DNA of 64,000 nucleotides from Kofleriaceae bacterium (GTDB lineage Bacteria; Myxococcota_A; Polyangia; Haliangiales; Haliangiaceae): NCBI GenBank assembly GCA_046597055.1, contig JBKJLC010000037.1, positions 32,001 to 96,000 of the forward strand, read 5' to 3'. Shown piece by piece: positions 48,358 to 58,652 of this stretch (position 1 is its first letter; each line of letters starts with the position of its first letter). The notes under the pieces were generated by a model. It saw only the letters and a program-made list of their open reading frames with translations, ran no database searches and was not told where the DNA came from. The position numbers and the translations under genes were made by a program.

Positions 48358-51300
48358 ATGCCTGACCTGTCCGACAACATCGAGACGCTGGACGCGGCGT
48401 ATCCCATCGCGCTGCTGCCGGTCCGCATCGAGACCCGCTTCGTCAGCGGGAGGAGCCCCGAGCTGCTGGTGCGCGTCTATCCCGACGAGATCGCGGCCGA
48501 GCTGGGCCATCTCATGACCAGCGACGCCGCTGAGGCGGCGCGCCAGTTCTGGCGCGAGGGCTGGCAGTACGCCGACGAGCTCGACGCCTGGCGCCGGCTG
48601 GTGCAGCGATATCCCGGGCAGGTCGCGGCTGCGCTGGTCGACGAGCACCGTCCCGACAACTGGACCAGTCGCCCCAGCGGTCAACCGACGTGGGCCAATG
48701 CGCCTCGGCCATCGTCGCCACAGACAGCGACCACCCGCGTGCTCCCCGATTGCTGGATCGCGGTCGGTTTCCGCAAGGGCCAGCAGACGCTGCGCCACAT
48801 CGGCAGCGCGATCGTCGAGCCGCTGGCGCTGTCGTTCCGCCGCGACATCGAGGAAGGTGCGCCAGAGCTGATCGATCACGATGGCCTCCAGGTCGAGCCT
48901 GCGCTGCGATGGACCGTCGACGTCGAGGAGGCGATCAAAGTCGGCATGGCGATGCGCATCCCGATCACCAGCCTCGATCTGGCCCAAGGCTTCGATCGGC
49001 TGGTGGTGTACGGCGTCAAGACCACGCTGTCTCCCGCGGACACTGGGGCGCGCCTCGAGACCCTGCTCGATAGTCACCGTCACAGCCGCGGGCTGGCGCT
49101 GGTTCCGCAAGGCACGCCCACCAACAACTCCAGCGAGGGCGGCTCGGGGTATCCGCCGCCCGACGATGCCGACCGCAGGTTCGTCATCGAGCGTGGTCCA
49201 CCGCTCCCCACCCCCGGTAGCGACGGCGATGTGCTGGCCAAGGCGCTCGGTCTGGCCACCGGCATCTTCGATCACGTCGAAGGCGCCGGCGGCGTGGAGC
49301 AGAAGCGCGCCCGCGCCATGAACCAGGCGCTGTGGCCGTGCACGCTCGGATACTTCCTCGAGCAAATGATGGCGCCGCTGGTGAGCGCCGCCAACGTCAC
49401 GGCCATCCGCAGCCACGTCGCCGACTTCGTGCGCGGGCGTGGGCCACTGCCTGCCTTCCGCGTGGGCCGCGTGCCATACGGCATCCTGCCGGTGACCCCG
49501 CTGTGGGGCTCGATCGATGGCTTCGAGACCGCCCTGGTGGAGCGGCTGAGCTCGTGGCAACCGCGCGTGCTCGAGCAGGTGCCCCACGTCGCGCGCATCG
49601 GCCGCACCGGCGATCCGGACGCCGATCTGCTCGGCATCCTCGCCCTCGACGCCAGCACGCGCGAGGTCCGTCTGCGCGAGGTCGTCGGCCCGGCGTACGT
49701 GCGCGCGGTGCTGCAGCTCCTGGACACCGATGCCTCGCTCGGCGTGAGCGAGCGTAGCGATCTGACCCAGCGCGTGATGACGGCGCTCGGAATGGCGGGT
49801 TCGCCGCGCGTCGGCACCATGACGTTCAGCAACAAGGCGCCGCGCATCGACCTGCCGATGGTCGCGCCCGAACCGCTGTCGGAAGATCAGACGCTCGTCG
49901 ACAACTACATCACCGACCTCCTGACCGCCAAGACCACAGAAGATCTGGAGCCGTCGCCGGTCTCGCGTCCCTTGCTGTTCCACCTTCTCCGTCAGGGCGC
50001 GCTGGTCGAGTACCACCGCGTCGCGGTCGACCTCGCCATCGCCGCCGGCCTCGATCCCAAGGGCGTCCCCTACGCCCAGGCGTCCGATCGCCGCGAGATC
50101 GAGCTGTTCCAGGTCCCGCCGCCCCCGGCCGGCGCCCCGTCACCGCAGCCGCCGCGGCGGAGTCCGAGCCAGCGCTTCGCCCAGACGCTGCCGGTCGCCG
50201 GCGGCTCCATGCTCAGCGACTGGCTCCTGAACCTGCCGACCGATCCGGCCAAGGACCACGGGCGCCAGCCGATCCGCGCGCACGTCGAGGCGCTGAAGGC
50301 GCTCGAGGGCGCGCCCACCGCCGAGCTCGAACGTCTGATGACCGAGACGCTCGACACCTGCTCGCACCGCCTCGACGCGTGGATCACCTCGCTGGCGACG
50401 CGCCGGCTGTCGGCGCGTCGCGCCACCCATCCCGAGGGCATCTACCTGGGCGGCTACGCGTTCGTCGAGAACCTGCGCGCCCGCCAGGCGCCGTTTCCCG
50501 GCCAGACCGGCGGCTTCATCCATGCGCCGTCGGCATCGCACGCCGCTGCCGCCGCCATCCTGCGCAACGGGTACCTCACTCACGAGAACACCGCGGAGGT
50601 TGCGATCGATCTGTCGTCGCAGCGGGTGCGGCGCGCGCTGTCGCTGTTCGACGGCGTGCGGCACGGCCAGCAGGCCGGCGCGGTGCTTGGCTACTGGTTC
50701 GAGCGCGGCCTGCACGACCGCCAGCTCGACCGCTACATCGCGCCGTTCCGTCGACTGTATCCGCTGGGCCGGTTGCCCGACGCTCCCGACGAAGGCCCCG
50801 ACGAGCCGATCGCCGCCCGCAACGTGGTCAACGGCCTGGCGCTGCGCGATGCATTGCTGCGGCGGCCGGTACTGCCGTGGACCGATGCCGACATCCTGCC
50901 GCTGGTGTCCGAGGCCGACCGCCCGGCGGTGCAGGTGTGCCTGGCGCAGCTCGAGGACGACGTCGACGCCGCTGCCGACCTGCTGGCCGCCGAGTCGGTC
51001 TATCAGGCGGTGCAGGGCAACACCGATCGCGCTGGGGCCAACCTGGCCAGCGGCGCCGGGACCGGCAGCCTGCCCACGCCGGGCATCGTCACGCCGCCCA
51101 CCTCCGGCACGGCGTTCACCCACCGGGTGGCCATCGTGCTAGGCGGCGCGCCGACGACGTTGGCATGGCCGGCGTCCGGCGCCCGCCGCATCGCCGAGCC
51201 ACGTCTCGACGCCTGGCTCGGCAACCGGATGGGCAGCGCGGCCGCCGTCCAGTGCCGCGCGCGGTACGACCAGACCGAGACCACGGTCACCATGCAGGAC

Positions 51301-52620
51301 CTCGGTCTGAGCGCCATCGACTTCGTGATCCTGGCGCGCCGTACCGGCGCCGCCGGCAGCGAGCTGGCGTCGCGCGTGATCGCCCACGTACGCGCGACGG
51401 TCAGCGGCATCACCGGGCCGGTCGAGGTTGACTTCGCGCGCCCCACCGCCGCTGTTCCGTCGTGGCCGTACAGCGTGTTCAGCGTCGACGAGGCACTGGA
51501 GACCGCGCGGCTGCTCGGCGACCTGGCGCTGGGCGCTCGCCCGCTCTCCAGCGACGATCTGATGTTGCCGCACGCCGCCGGCGCGCCGTTCACCGTCGAC
51601 ACCGCCGAGATGACCAGCCGCGCCACCGCGGCGCTGGGCCAGCTCGGCGCCGCCCGCAGCGCGCTCGACGCCGCCGTCACGGCTGCCGCATCGCCTTCAC
51701 CGCCACCCACCAGCCTCGACGATCTGCGCGCCGCCTTGTGGACCGCCGCCGGTTTCGGTGTGCGCGAGGCGGTTCCGGTCGACCTCGCCGGCACCGACGC
51801 CGTCGCCCGCGCCGCGCTGCGGGTCCAGGGCGCCACCATGCAGGCCGAGCTGGCCCGCCGCGACGCCGCCGCCAGCGTGGCGATCAGCGGCTTCGACAAG
51901 CTGATCGCCCTGTTCGGCCTCGAGGTGCCCATCCTGGTGCCGTTCACGCCGGCCAACCGCCCCGACCTCGACACCGCACTGGCGCAACCGCCTGGGAATC
52001 CGATCGGAACCCGTCACTGGCTGGAACGGATGGCGCGCCTGCGCGACCCGCTCGACCGCCTGCGGCTGGCCCACCTGGCCAGCGACGCCATGACCGGCAC
52101 CCCGGTGTCGGAGGCCGGTCTGCACTTCGAGATCGCCCAGCTGCCGTTCGTCCCCGGTGCGCCCTGGATCGGCAATTCGTTCGATCCCAGCGAGGCGTGG
52201 CAGCGCCCGCGCGCCGGCACCGTTTCGATCGCGGTCCACCGGCCCGTCGGCTTCGAGTACGCCGGCAGCTGGTCGGGCCTCCTGCTCGACGACTGGAGCG
52301 AGACCATCCCCGCGGCGTCACAGATGACGTCGTACGCGGTCCACCACCAGTCGCCGGGCGCCGAGGCGCCGCAGTGCGTGCTGCTTGCGGTGGCGCCGCC
52401 GACACCCGACGTCCCCCGCTGGGGTCCGTCGCTGGTCGAGGACTGCATCGAGCAGGCCTTCGACGTCGCGCGCATTCGCGCCGTCGACTCCGACCTCCTC
52501 CATCCCTATGCGCTGCTCGTGCCTTGCATCTACCTGGCCGCCAACGTCGCCCCGGACACCATCCGGTCGCCGCTCAGCCACGGGGTCATCCACGAGGCCG
52601 TCATCGCGCCGCCGGAGTGA
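48358..52620 (+). CDS. conserved hypothetical protein (1420 aa)
   Basis: LLPVRIETRF, PQGTPTNN, PYGILP, HRLDAWITSLA, LSSQRVR, LGYWFERGLHD, DDWSETIP. Confidence 0.85.
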   Translation: MPDLSDNIETLDAAYPIALLPVRIETRFVSGRSPELLVRVYPDEIAAELGHLMTSDAAEAARQFWREGWQYADELDAWRRLVQRYPGQVAAALVDEHRPDNWTSRPSGQPTWANAPRPSSPQTATTRVLPDCWIAVGFRKGQQTLRHIGSAIVEPLALSFRRDIEEGAPELIDHDGLQVEPALRWTVDVEEAIKVGMAMRIPITSLDLAQGFDRLVVYGVKTTLSPADTGARLETLLDSHRHSRGLALVPQGTPTNNSSEGGSGYPPPDDADRRFVIERGPPLPTPGSDGDVLAKALGLATGIFDHVEGAGGVEQKRARAMNQALWPCTLGYFLEQMMAPLVSAANVTAIRSHVADFVRGRGPLPAFRVGRVPYGILPVTPLWGSIDGFETALVERLSSWQPRVLEQVPHVARIGRTGDPDADLLGILALDASTREVRLREVVGPAYVRAVLQLLDTDASLGVSERSDLTQRVMTALGMAGSPRVGTMTFSNKAPRIDLPMVAPEPLSEDQTLVDNYITDLLTAKTTEDLEPSPVSRPLLFHLLRQGALVEYHRVAVDLAIAAGLDPKGVPYAQASDRREIELFQVPPPPAGAPSPQPPRRSPSQRFAQTLPVAGGSMLSDWLLNLPTDPAKDHGRQPIRAHVEALKALEGAPTAELERLMTETLDTCSHRLDAWITSLATRRLSARRATHPEGIYLGGYAFVENLRARQAPFPGQTGGFIHAPSASHAAAAAILRNGYLTHENTAEVAIDLSSQRVRRALSLFDGVRHGQQAGAVLGYWFERGLHDRQLDRYIAPFRRLYPLGRLPDAPDEGPDEPIAARNVVNGLALRDALLRRPVLPWTDADILPLVSEADRPAVQVCLAQLEDDVDAAADLLAAESVYQAVQGNTDRAGANLASGAGTGSLPTPGIVTPPTSGTAFTHRVAIVLGGAPTTLAWPASGARRIAEPRLDAWLGNRMGSAAAVQCRARYDQTETTVTMQDLGLSAIDFVILARRTGAAGSELASRVIAHVRATVSGITGPVEVDFARPTAAVPSWPYSVFSVDEALETARLLGDLALGARPLSSDDLMLPHAAGAPFTVDTAEMTSRATAALGQLGAARSALDAAVTAAASPSPPPTSLDDLRAALWTAAGFGVREAVPVDLAGTDAVARAALRVQGATMQAELARRDAAASVAISGFDKLIALFGLEVPILVPFTPANRPDLDTALAQPPGNPIGTRHWLERMARLRDPLDRLRLAHLASDAMTGTPVSEAGLHFEIAQLPFVPGAPWIGNSFDPSEAWQRPRAGTVSIAVHRPVGFEYAGSWSGLLLDDWSETIPAASQMTSYAVHHQSPGAEAPQCVLLAVAPPTPDVPRWGPSLVEDCIEQAFDVARIRAVDSDLLHPYALLVPCIYLAANVAPDTIRSPLSHGVIHEAVIAPPE

Positions 52621-52623
52621 TCC

Positions 52624-54381
52624 ATGCCGTCCATCACCTACTGGAATCGTCTCGAACCCCGCGCGCGCTCTAGCGATCTTACCGGCGCGCTCGCCGCCCG
52701 CGTGCGCGACCCGGCGTGGTTTCTGGCCCGGCAATGGCAGCTCGGTGAGCTGGCTGGCGAGGATGCCGGCTCGCCGGCCTATGTGCGCATCAACGCCGCG
52801 GTGGCGCCGATGGTCGGATGGCAAGGCGCCACCGGTCCGGCGGTGCCGATGCAGGCCAACGTGCCGCTCGAGCGGGCCGCCCTGGCCGAGCCCATGGCCA
52901 CCGACGACATCTCGCGGTGGGCCGAGCTCGGGACCGTGGTCGACACCTTCCTGCTGTTCTACAACGTCGCCGATCTGCGCAGCCACTGGCTCGAGGCGTT
53001 CCCCATCGGTCCCGCACCGTCCGGTGCGCCGGACGACCCGCGCGCCGCACGGCTGCGCTTGCTGTGGCAGGGTCGCGTGATCAACGGGCTGGCGGTATAC
53101 ACGGCAGCCGGACAGACGCCGACGCCGCCGCCGGCGCCCCCACCCGCGGTGCCGGCAACCGTGCCGTCGACGCGCTGGGCCCAGTGCAACCTCGCCATGC
53201 AGGCGTTCCGCGCCTACGTCAACAGCAGCCATCCCGGCAGCCCGATCGGCGCGGCCGATGCCGCGGCGTGGCGGCCCGAGCGGCTCGAGCACGAGCTGCG
53301 CACCGTCACCGGCGAGCCAGGTGCTACGCCGGGCAGCGTCAGCAGCGCGGTGCTGCAGGCGTTCCCCGACCGTACCGGCGACCTGCCCTGGTACGGCTTC
53401 GACCGCGTCGCCGAGGCGGTCCCGTCCGGGCTGCCGGCGTCGGTGCGCACCGACATCTCGCGCACCGTCATTCCCGGCCCGGTGAGGTTCCGCGGCCAGC
53501 CCAACGAGCGGTTCTGGGACTTCGAGGACGGCCGCGTCGACTTCGGGGCGCTGCGTCTCGACCGCCGCGATCTGACCAGCATGTTGCTGGTCGACTTCAT
53601 GCTCGTCCACGGCAACGACTGGTACCTGGTTCCGTTCGAGCAGCCGGTCGGCACCGTGTGCCGCACCGAGCTCACCGTGGTCGACGTGTTCGGCGTCGTG
53701 ACGCCGGTGCCGCGCGCCGAGGACGCCGACCCGGTCGCTCCCGGCAAGCGCTTCTCCCTGTTCGGGGTCACCGGGCTGGCCAACGGCCACCTGGTGCCCG
53801 ACAGCGTCGCCGGCGTGGTGCAGGACGGACGCACCCTCGAAGAAGTGCGCTTCGTGCGCGACGAGACCGCCAACCTGGCGTGGGCGATCGAGCGCTCCAC
53901 CGAGAGTCATCTCGGACGCGCGCTGCCGGGCAGCGAACGCGCCGGCGCCGAGCCACCGTCGCCGATCACCAGCGGCGTGGCACCGCTCCGGTACCAGCTG
54001 CAGTCGCACGTCCCGGTGCACTGGATCCCGTTCCAGGCGGTGGCGCTGCCGCCGGCCACCAGCGGACAGGTGGTGCTGGAGATGGCGTCGCTCCTCGCGC
54101 CAGAGGGTCCGCCCGGCGCAGCGCTCCACGAGGCGCTGCCGGCCGGCAAGATCTTGCGGCCGTCATCGGTGGCTGGGGCGCCGTACCGCGTTCGCGAGGA
54201 AGAGGTTCCGCGCGAAGGCACCCACGTCATCCGCTTCGCGCGCTTCGCGCGCTCCAGCAACGGCGCCAGCCACCTGTGGGTGACCCGCAAGCGCGTCACC
54301 GGACGCGGCGAAGGCGGGAGCGGCCTTCGCTTCGACCGCACCATCCCTCTCGAGACCGTGGTGCCCGGGACCGATCCGTGA
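52624..54381 (+). CDS. conserved hypothetical protein (585 aa)
   Basis: DPAWFLARQWQLGELAGEDAGSP, RFWDFED, NDWYLVP, RDETANLAWAIE, GEGGSGLRFD. Confidence 0.85.
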   Translation: MPSITYWNRLEPRARSSDLTGALAARVRDPAWFLARQWQLGELAGEDAGSPAYVRINAAVAPMVGWQGATGPAVPMQANVPLERAALAEPMATDDISRWAELGTVVDTFLLFYNVADLRSHWLEAFPIGPAPSGAPDDPRAARLRLLWQGRVINGLAVYTAAGQTPTPPPAPPPAVPATVPSTRWAQCNLAMQAFRAYVNSSHPGSPIGAADAAAWRPERLEHELRTVTGEPGATPGSVSSAVLQAFPDRTGDLPWYGFDRVAEAVPSGLPASVRTDISRTVIPGPVRFRGQPNERFWDFEDGRVDFGALRLDRRDLTSMLLVDFMLVHGNDWYLVPFEQPVGTVCRTELTVVDVFGVVTPVPRAEDADPVAPGKRFSLFGVTGLANGHLVPDSVAGVVQDGRTLEEVRFVRDETANLAWAIERSTESHLGRALPGSERAGAEPPSPITSGVAPLRYQLQSHVPVHWIPFQAVALPPATSGQVVLEMASLLAPEGPPGAALHEALPAGKILRPSSVAGAPYRVREEEVPREGTHVIRFARFARSSNGASHLWVTRKRVTGRGEGGSGLRFDRTIPLETVVPGTDP

Positions 54382-54622
54382 GGTGTCTCGGTCCTGACCC
54401 ATGCCCTTGACTCATACCCCGGGCTCGTCGGCGCCCTCGGTCGTGCTGCCACGATGCTGCCACGCAGGACGGCATACGGTGGGCAAGGCCGGGTCAGTTC
54501 GGGATCCAAGTGGTTGAAAGCTGTGCAAGCGGCCGTCGGAAATGGCTTCCCAAATAACAGGCAGTAGCCCTTCGGCCCGGCGTCTTGCGCTCGACGCCCC
54601 GCCCAGCCGACCTGCCCAGGCT

Positions 54623-55561
54623 TCACCGCTTCGGGTGAGCGTTCAGCCAGGGAAAGATCTGGGTAGCGGTGGCCGTGATGAAGAGCGTGTGCGGGCCGCC
54701 GACCACGGTCCATGACTCCACGTCGATGCCAGTCGGGCAACTGTCGTACGTCCGGGTGGTGGTCTCGGCGGTGGCATCGCCGATGAGGTCGATGGGCGCG
54801 CCGGGCGTCGCGGTGGTGGCGCAGCCATTGTAGGCGGCCCAACGCTGGTCGCTGCCCAGCGCCGATGGATACGGTGCTGCGGTGCCGTTGACCGTCGTCG
54901 AGCCACCTTCGTAGGCGATCGTCCGGTCATCGGTGCCGTGCGCGTGCAGCACGCTCACGGGCTCCGAGGGCGCACAGGCACCGGGATCGTTGAAGGTGGC
55001 GCCCCCGATCACGGCAATGGCGGCGAAGCGCCCGGCCGAGGCACAGGCCATGCGGAACGCCATGAACCCTCCGTTGGAGTCGCCGACAATGAAGACGCGG
55101 TCGGGGTCGACGTTGTAGGCGGCGCTGATCTCGTCGATGAGACCGTTCAGGTAGGCAACATCATCGACGGTCGAACCGTAGAAGTTGCAGCACGCGTCCG
55201 TCGCGTTCCAGAAATAGCGGCCGCCCTCGTCGAGCGTGCCGGTGGGTGCGATGAGCAGGAATCCGTCAGTTTCGTAGGCGTACGCCAGCCGCGTGACCCC
55301 GGTCACGTAGGTCGTGATCGAGCTGTAGCCGTGCAAGGCGATGACGAGCGGCATTGGTGTCGCGGCCGAGTAGCTCGACGGCACCAGCAACTCCGCCGGG
55401 CGCGTGCCGCCGAACGTTGTCGGCGGTGCGCCGTCCACCGCCGTCGCGTCGACGGCGACGGCGACGGGGCCGCCATCCACCGCGCTGCCGCCCTCACTCC
55501 CTCCGCAGCCGAGGACCGAGGCCAGCACGAGCGGCACCACCATCACTTCGAAAAAGCGCAT
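54623..55561 (-). CDS. alpha/beta-hydrolase (LpqC/PHB depolymerase-like esterase) lipoprotein
   Basis: ALHGY, WNATDACC, GDSNGG nucleophile, HGTDD, GGPH; lipobox VLGC. Confidence 0.85.
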   Translation of the reverse strand: MRFFEVMVVPLVLASVLGCGGSEGGSAVDGGPVAVAVDATAVDGAPPTTFGGTRPAELLVPSSYSAATPMPLVIALHGYSSITTYVTGVTRLAYAYETDGFLLIAPTGTLDEGGRYFWNATDACCNFYGSTVDDVAYLNGLIDEISAAYNVDPDRVFIVGDSNGGFMAFRMACASAGRFAAIAVIGGATFNDPGACAPSEPVSVLHAHGTDDRTIAYEGGSTTVNGTAAPYPSALGSDQRWAAYNGCATTATPGAPIDLIGDATAETTTRTYDSCPTGIDVESWTVVGGPHTLFITATATQIFPWLNAHPKR

Positions 55562-55673
55562 CGACCAGGGTAGCACGAGCCACGTCAGCGTCGCGCGCAC
55601 GGTCGGCCCGTGGACCGCCGGCCGGAGCCCGCGCCCGATCTGTACGGAGCAGCGGCGGCTCGCTTCGCTCGCT

Positions 55674-56831
55674 TCAGCCGCGGCGGGGCAGCAGGACGGT
55701 GAGCTCGGTGCCGTGGTCGGAGCGCACGTGGATCTCGCCGCCGTGCAGGGTCACCAGGCTGTGCACGATCGCCATGCCCATGCCGGTGCCGCCCTCCTTG
55801 GTCGAGAAGAACGGCTCGAACATCCGGGCCTCGACGTCGGGCGGGATGCCGGGGCCCTGATCGCGGACGCGGAGGGTGACGCCGCCGGGCACGGCCGCGA
55901 GGTCGACCGCGACCTGGCCGCCGGTCGGGCTCGCTTCGATCGCGTTGCGGAGCAGGTTCTGCACGACCTGGTGGATCTTGGTCGCGTCGACGTCGGCGTC
56001 GATCTGGGCCGGGGCCGCGAGCTCGATCGTCACCTCGCGCAGCGCGGCGGCCGGGCGCTCGAGCTCGATCACGTGGCGGGTGAGCGCGACCAGGTCGGCG
56101 CTGGTGGTCGACAGATCGGCGGGGCGCGCGAACGACAGGAACTCGTTGAGCAGCAGGGTCAGGCGCGCGATCTCCTGGTGGACCAGCTCGGCCGCCTGCA
56201 GCAGGCGCGGGTCGCTGTCGGTGCGACGCAGGCGGCGCTCGAGCAGCTCGAGCTGCAGCTTGGCCGCGTTGAGCGGGTTGCGGACCTCGTGGGCCAGGCC
56301 GGCCGACAGGGTCCGCATCGCCGCGAGCTTCTCGGCCTGGGCGTTGCGCTCGCGCCGGACCAGGCGCTCCTCGGCCTCGAGCTGGTAGTGGCGCAGCATG
56401 ATCGCCAGCTCCATGTCGAGCAGCTTGTCGACCGACTCGATCGTCTGCGACCGCTCGGTGGTGACCCGGGCCTCGACCAGCCGGTGGAGGTCGCGGCGCA
56501 GCACGTTCATCGCCGTGAACATGTACTGCTGCGGCAGGCCGATCGTGACGTGGCGGCGGCCGATGCGCGACCGCCGCTCGTAGTAGGCCTCGTCGTGGGG
56601 CCCGGCCAGGCCCGACGCCATCCACTCGACCAGCGTGTCCTTGAGCCGCGCGATCTGGGGCGGCCCCTCGGTGAGCGCGGCGCGGGCGCCGTCGTGCGTG
56701 ACCAGGACGTCGTAGAAGTGTTCGGCGACGGCGGGGAGCTGGTCGCGGACGAGCTCGTGCAGGCGCTGCAGCCGGGTGACGTCGGCAGGCCCGAACTCGA
56801 CGTACCGCTTGAGCTCGTCGAGATAACGCAC
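55674..56831 (-). CDS. globin-coupled sensor histidine kinase
   Basis: Protoglobin N-terminus (EHFYD, RIGRRHVTIGL), AHEVRNPL H-box, NAIEA, DQGPG, FFSTK, GTGMG. Confidence 0.9.
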   Translation of the reverse strand: MRYLDELKRYVEFGPADVTRLQRLHELVRDQLPAVAEHFYDVLVTHDGARAALTEGPPQIARLKDTLVEWMASGLAGPHDEAYYERRSRIGRRHVTIGLPQQYMFTAMNVLRRDLHRLVEARVTTERSQTIESVDKLLDMELAIMLRHYQLEAEERLVRRERNAQAEKLAAMRTLSAGLAHEVRNPLNAAKLQLELLERRLRRTDSDPRLLQAAELVHQEIARLTLLLNEFLSFARPADLSTTSADLVALTRHVIELERPAAALREVTIELAAPAQIDADVDATKIHQVVQNLLRNAIEASPTGGQVAVDLAAVPGGVTLRVRDQGPGIPPDVEARMFEPFFSTKEGGTGMGMAIVHSLVTLHGGEIHVRSDHGTELTVLLPRRG

Positions 56832-56836
56832 GGGCC

Positions 56837-58237
<1,401 letters not shown>

Positions 58238-58260
58238 TTGATTCTCCTCTGCGACGACAT

Positions 58261-58277
58261 TGCGAACGCTGTGCCAG
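58261..58277 (-). promoter_or_regulatory. sigma-54 promoter of regulator/kinase pair
   Basis: Minus strand CTGGCACAGCGTTCGCA. Confidence 0.7.
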
Positions 58278-58306
58278 CCCAGGGTAGCGCCGGAACCAGG
58301 TTTTGT

Positions 58307-58352
58307 GCGCAAACCCTGCGCGCGGCAGCGCAGTCGCGCGCAGATCTTGCGG
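58307..58352. promoter_or_regulatory. pair of GCGCA-N5-TGCG(C/G) palindromes
   Basis: GCGCAAACCCTGCGC (58307) and GCGCAGATCTTGCGG (58338). Confidence 0.65.
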
Positions 58353-58412
58353 ATGCCGGATCCCGTGAACGGGCCGGCGCGAGGATTCATTGAATGCATG
58401 GGATCCCACATG

Positions 58413-58429
58413 GCGGTACGAGTCGTGCA
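58413..58429 (+). promoter_or_regulatory. sigma-54-like promoter of norZ remnant/nnrS
   Basis: GCGGTACGAGTCGTGCA; -12 C lies 14 nt before ATG 58442. Confidence 0.5.
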
Positions 58430-58441
58430 CTCCGGCACGGC

Positions 58442-58644
58442 ATGCGTCGTCTGTGGATCGCTCTTGCCGCCGTGCTGGTCGTGTGATTTGCCGTCCTGGG
58501 CTGGGTTGGCTCGCGGATCTACCAGCTGGCACCGTGTTCGCCGCCGGCGCCTTCGCGTTCGGGTTCGCGGTCGGACGCATGACCATGACCCGGGCCGCGG
58601 CGGTGCCCAAGGCCGACGTCGCCAAGACGCGCAAGCGGAGCTGA
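58442..58644 (+). pseudogene. norZ: quinol-dependent NO reductase (qNOR) remnant with near-total internal deletion
   Basis: MRRLWIALAAVLVV*FAVLGWVGSRIYQLAP (qNOR-type N-terminus, TGA at 58484) joined out of frame to TVFAAGAFAFGFAV (qNOR-type last helix); upstream of nnrS. Confidence 0.75.
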
Positions 58645-58652
58645 CCCGGCCG

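Noticed and set aside
42107..54381. Unknown operon as prophage, T6SS or eCIS
   Set aside because: No recognisable sheath, tube, VgrG, baseplate, terminase or ATPase motifs; remote homology not excluded
58484..58486. In-frame TGA as selenocysteine or readthrough
   Set aside because: The position is normally Ser in a TM helix and the gene is otherwise deleted; a nonsense mutation is simpler
58527..58543. Sigma-54-like TGGCACCGTGTTCGC
   Set aside because: Lies across the qNOR deletion junction in former coding sequence; probably coincidental
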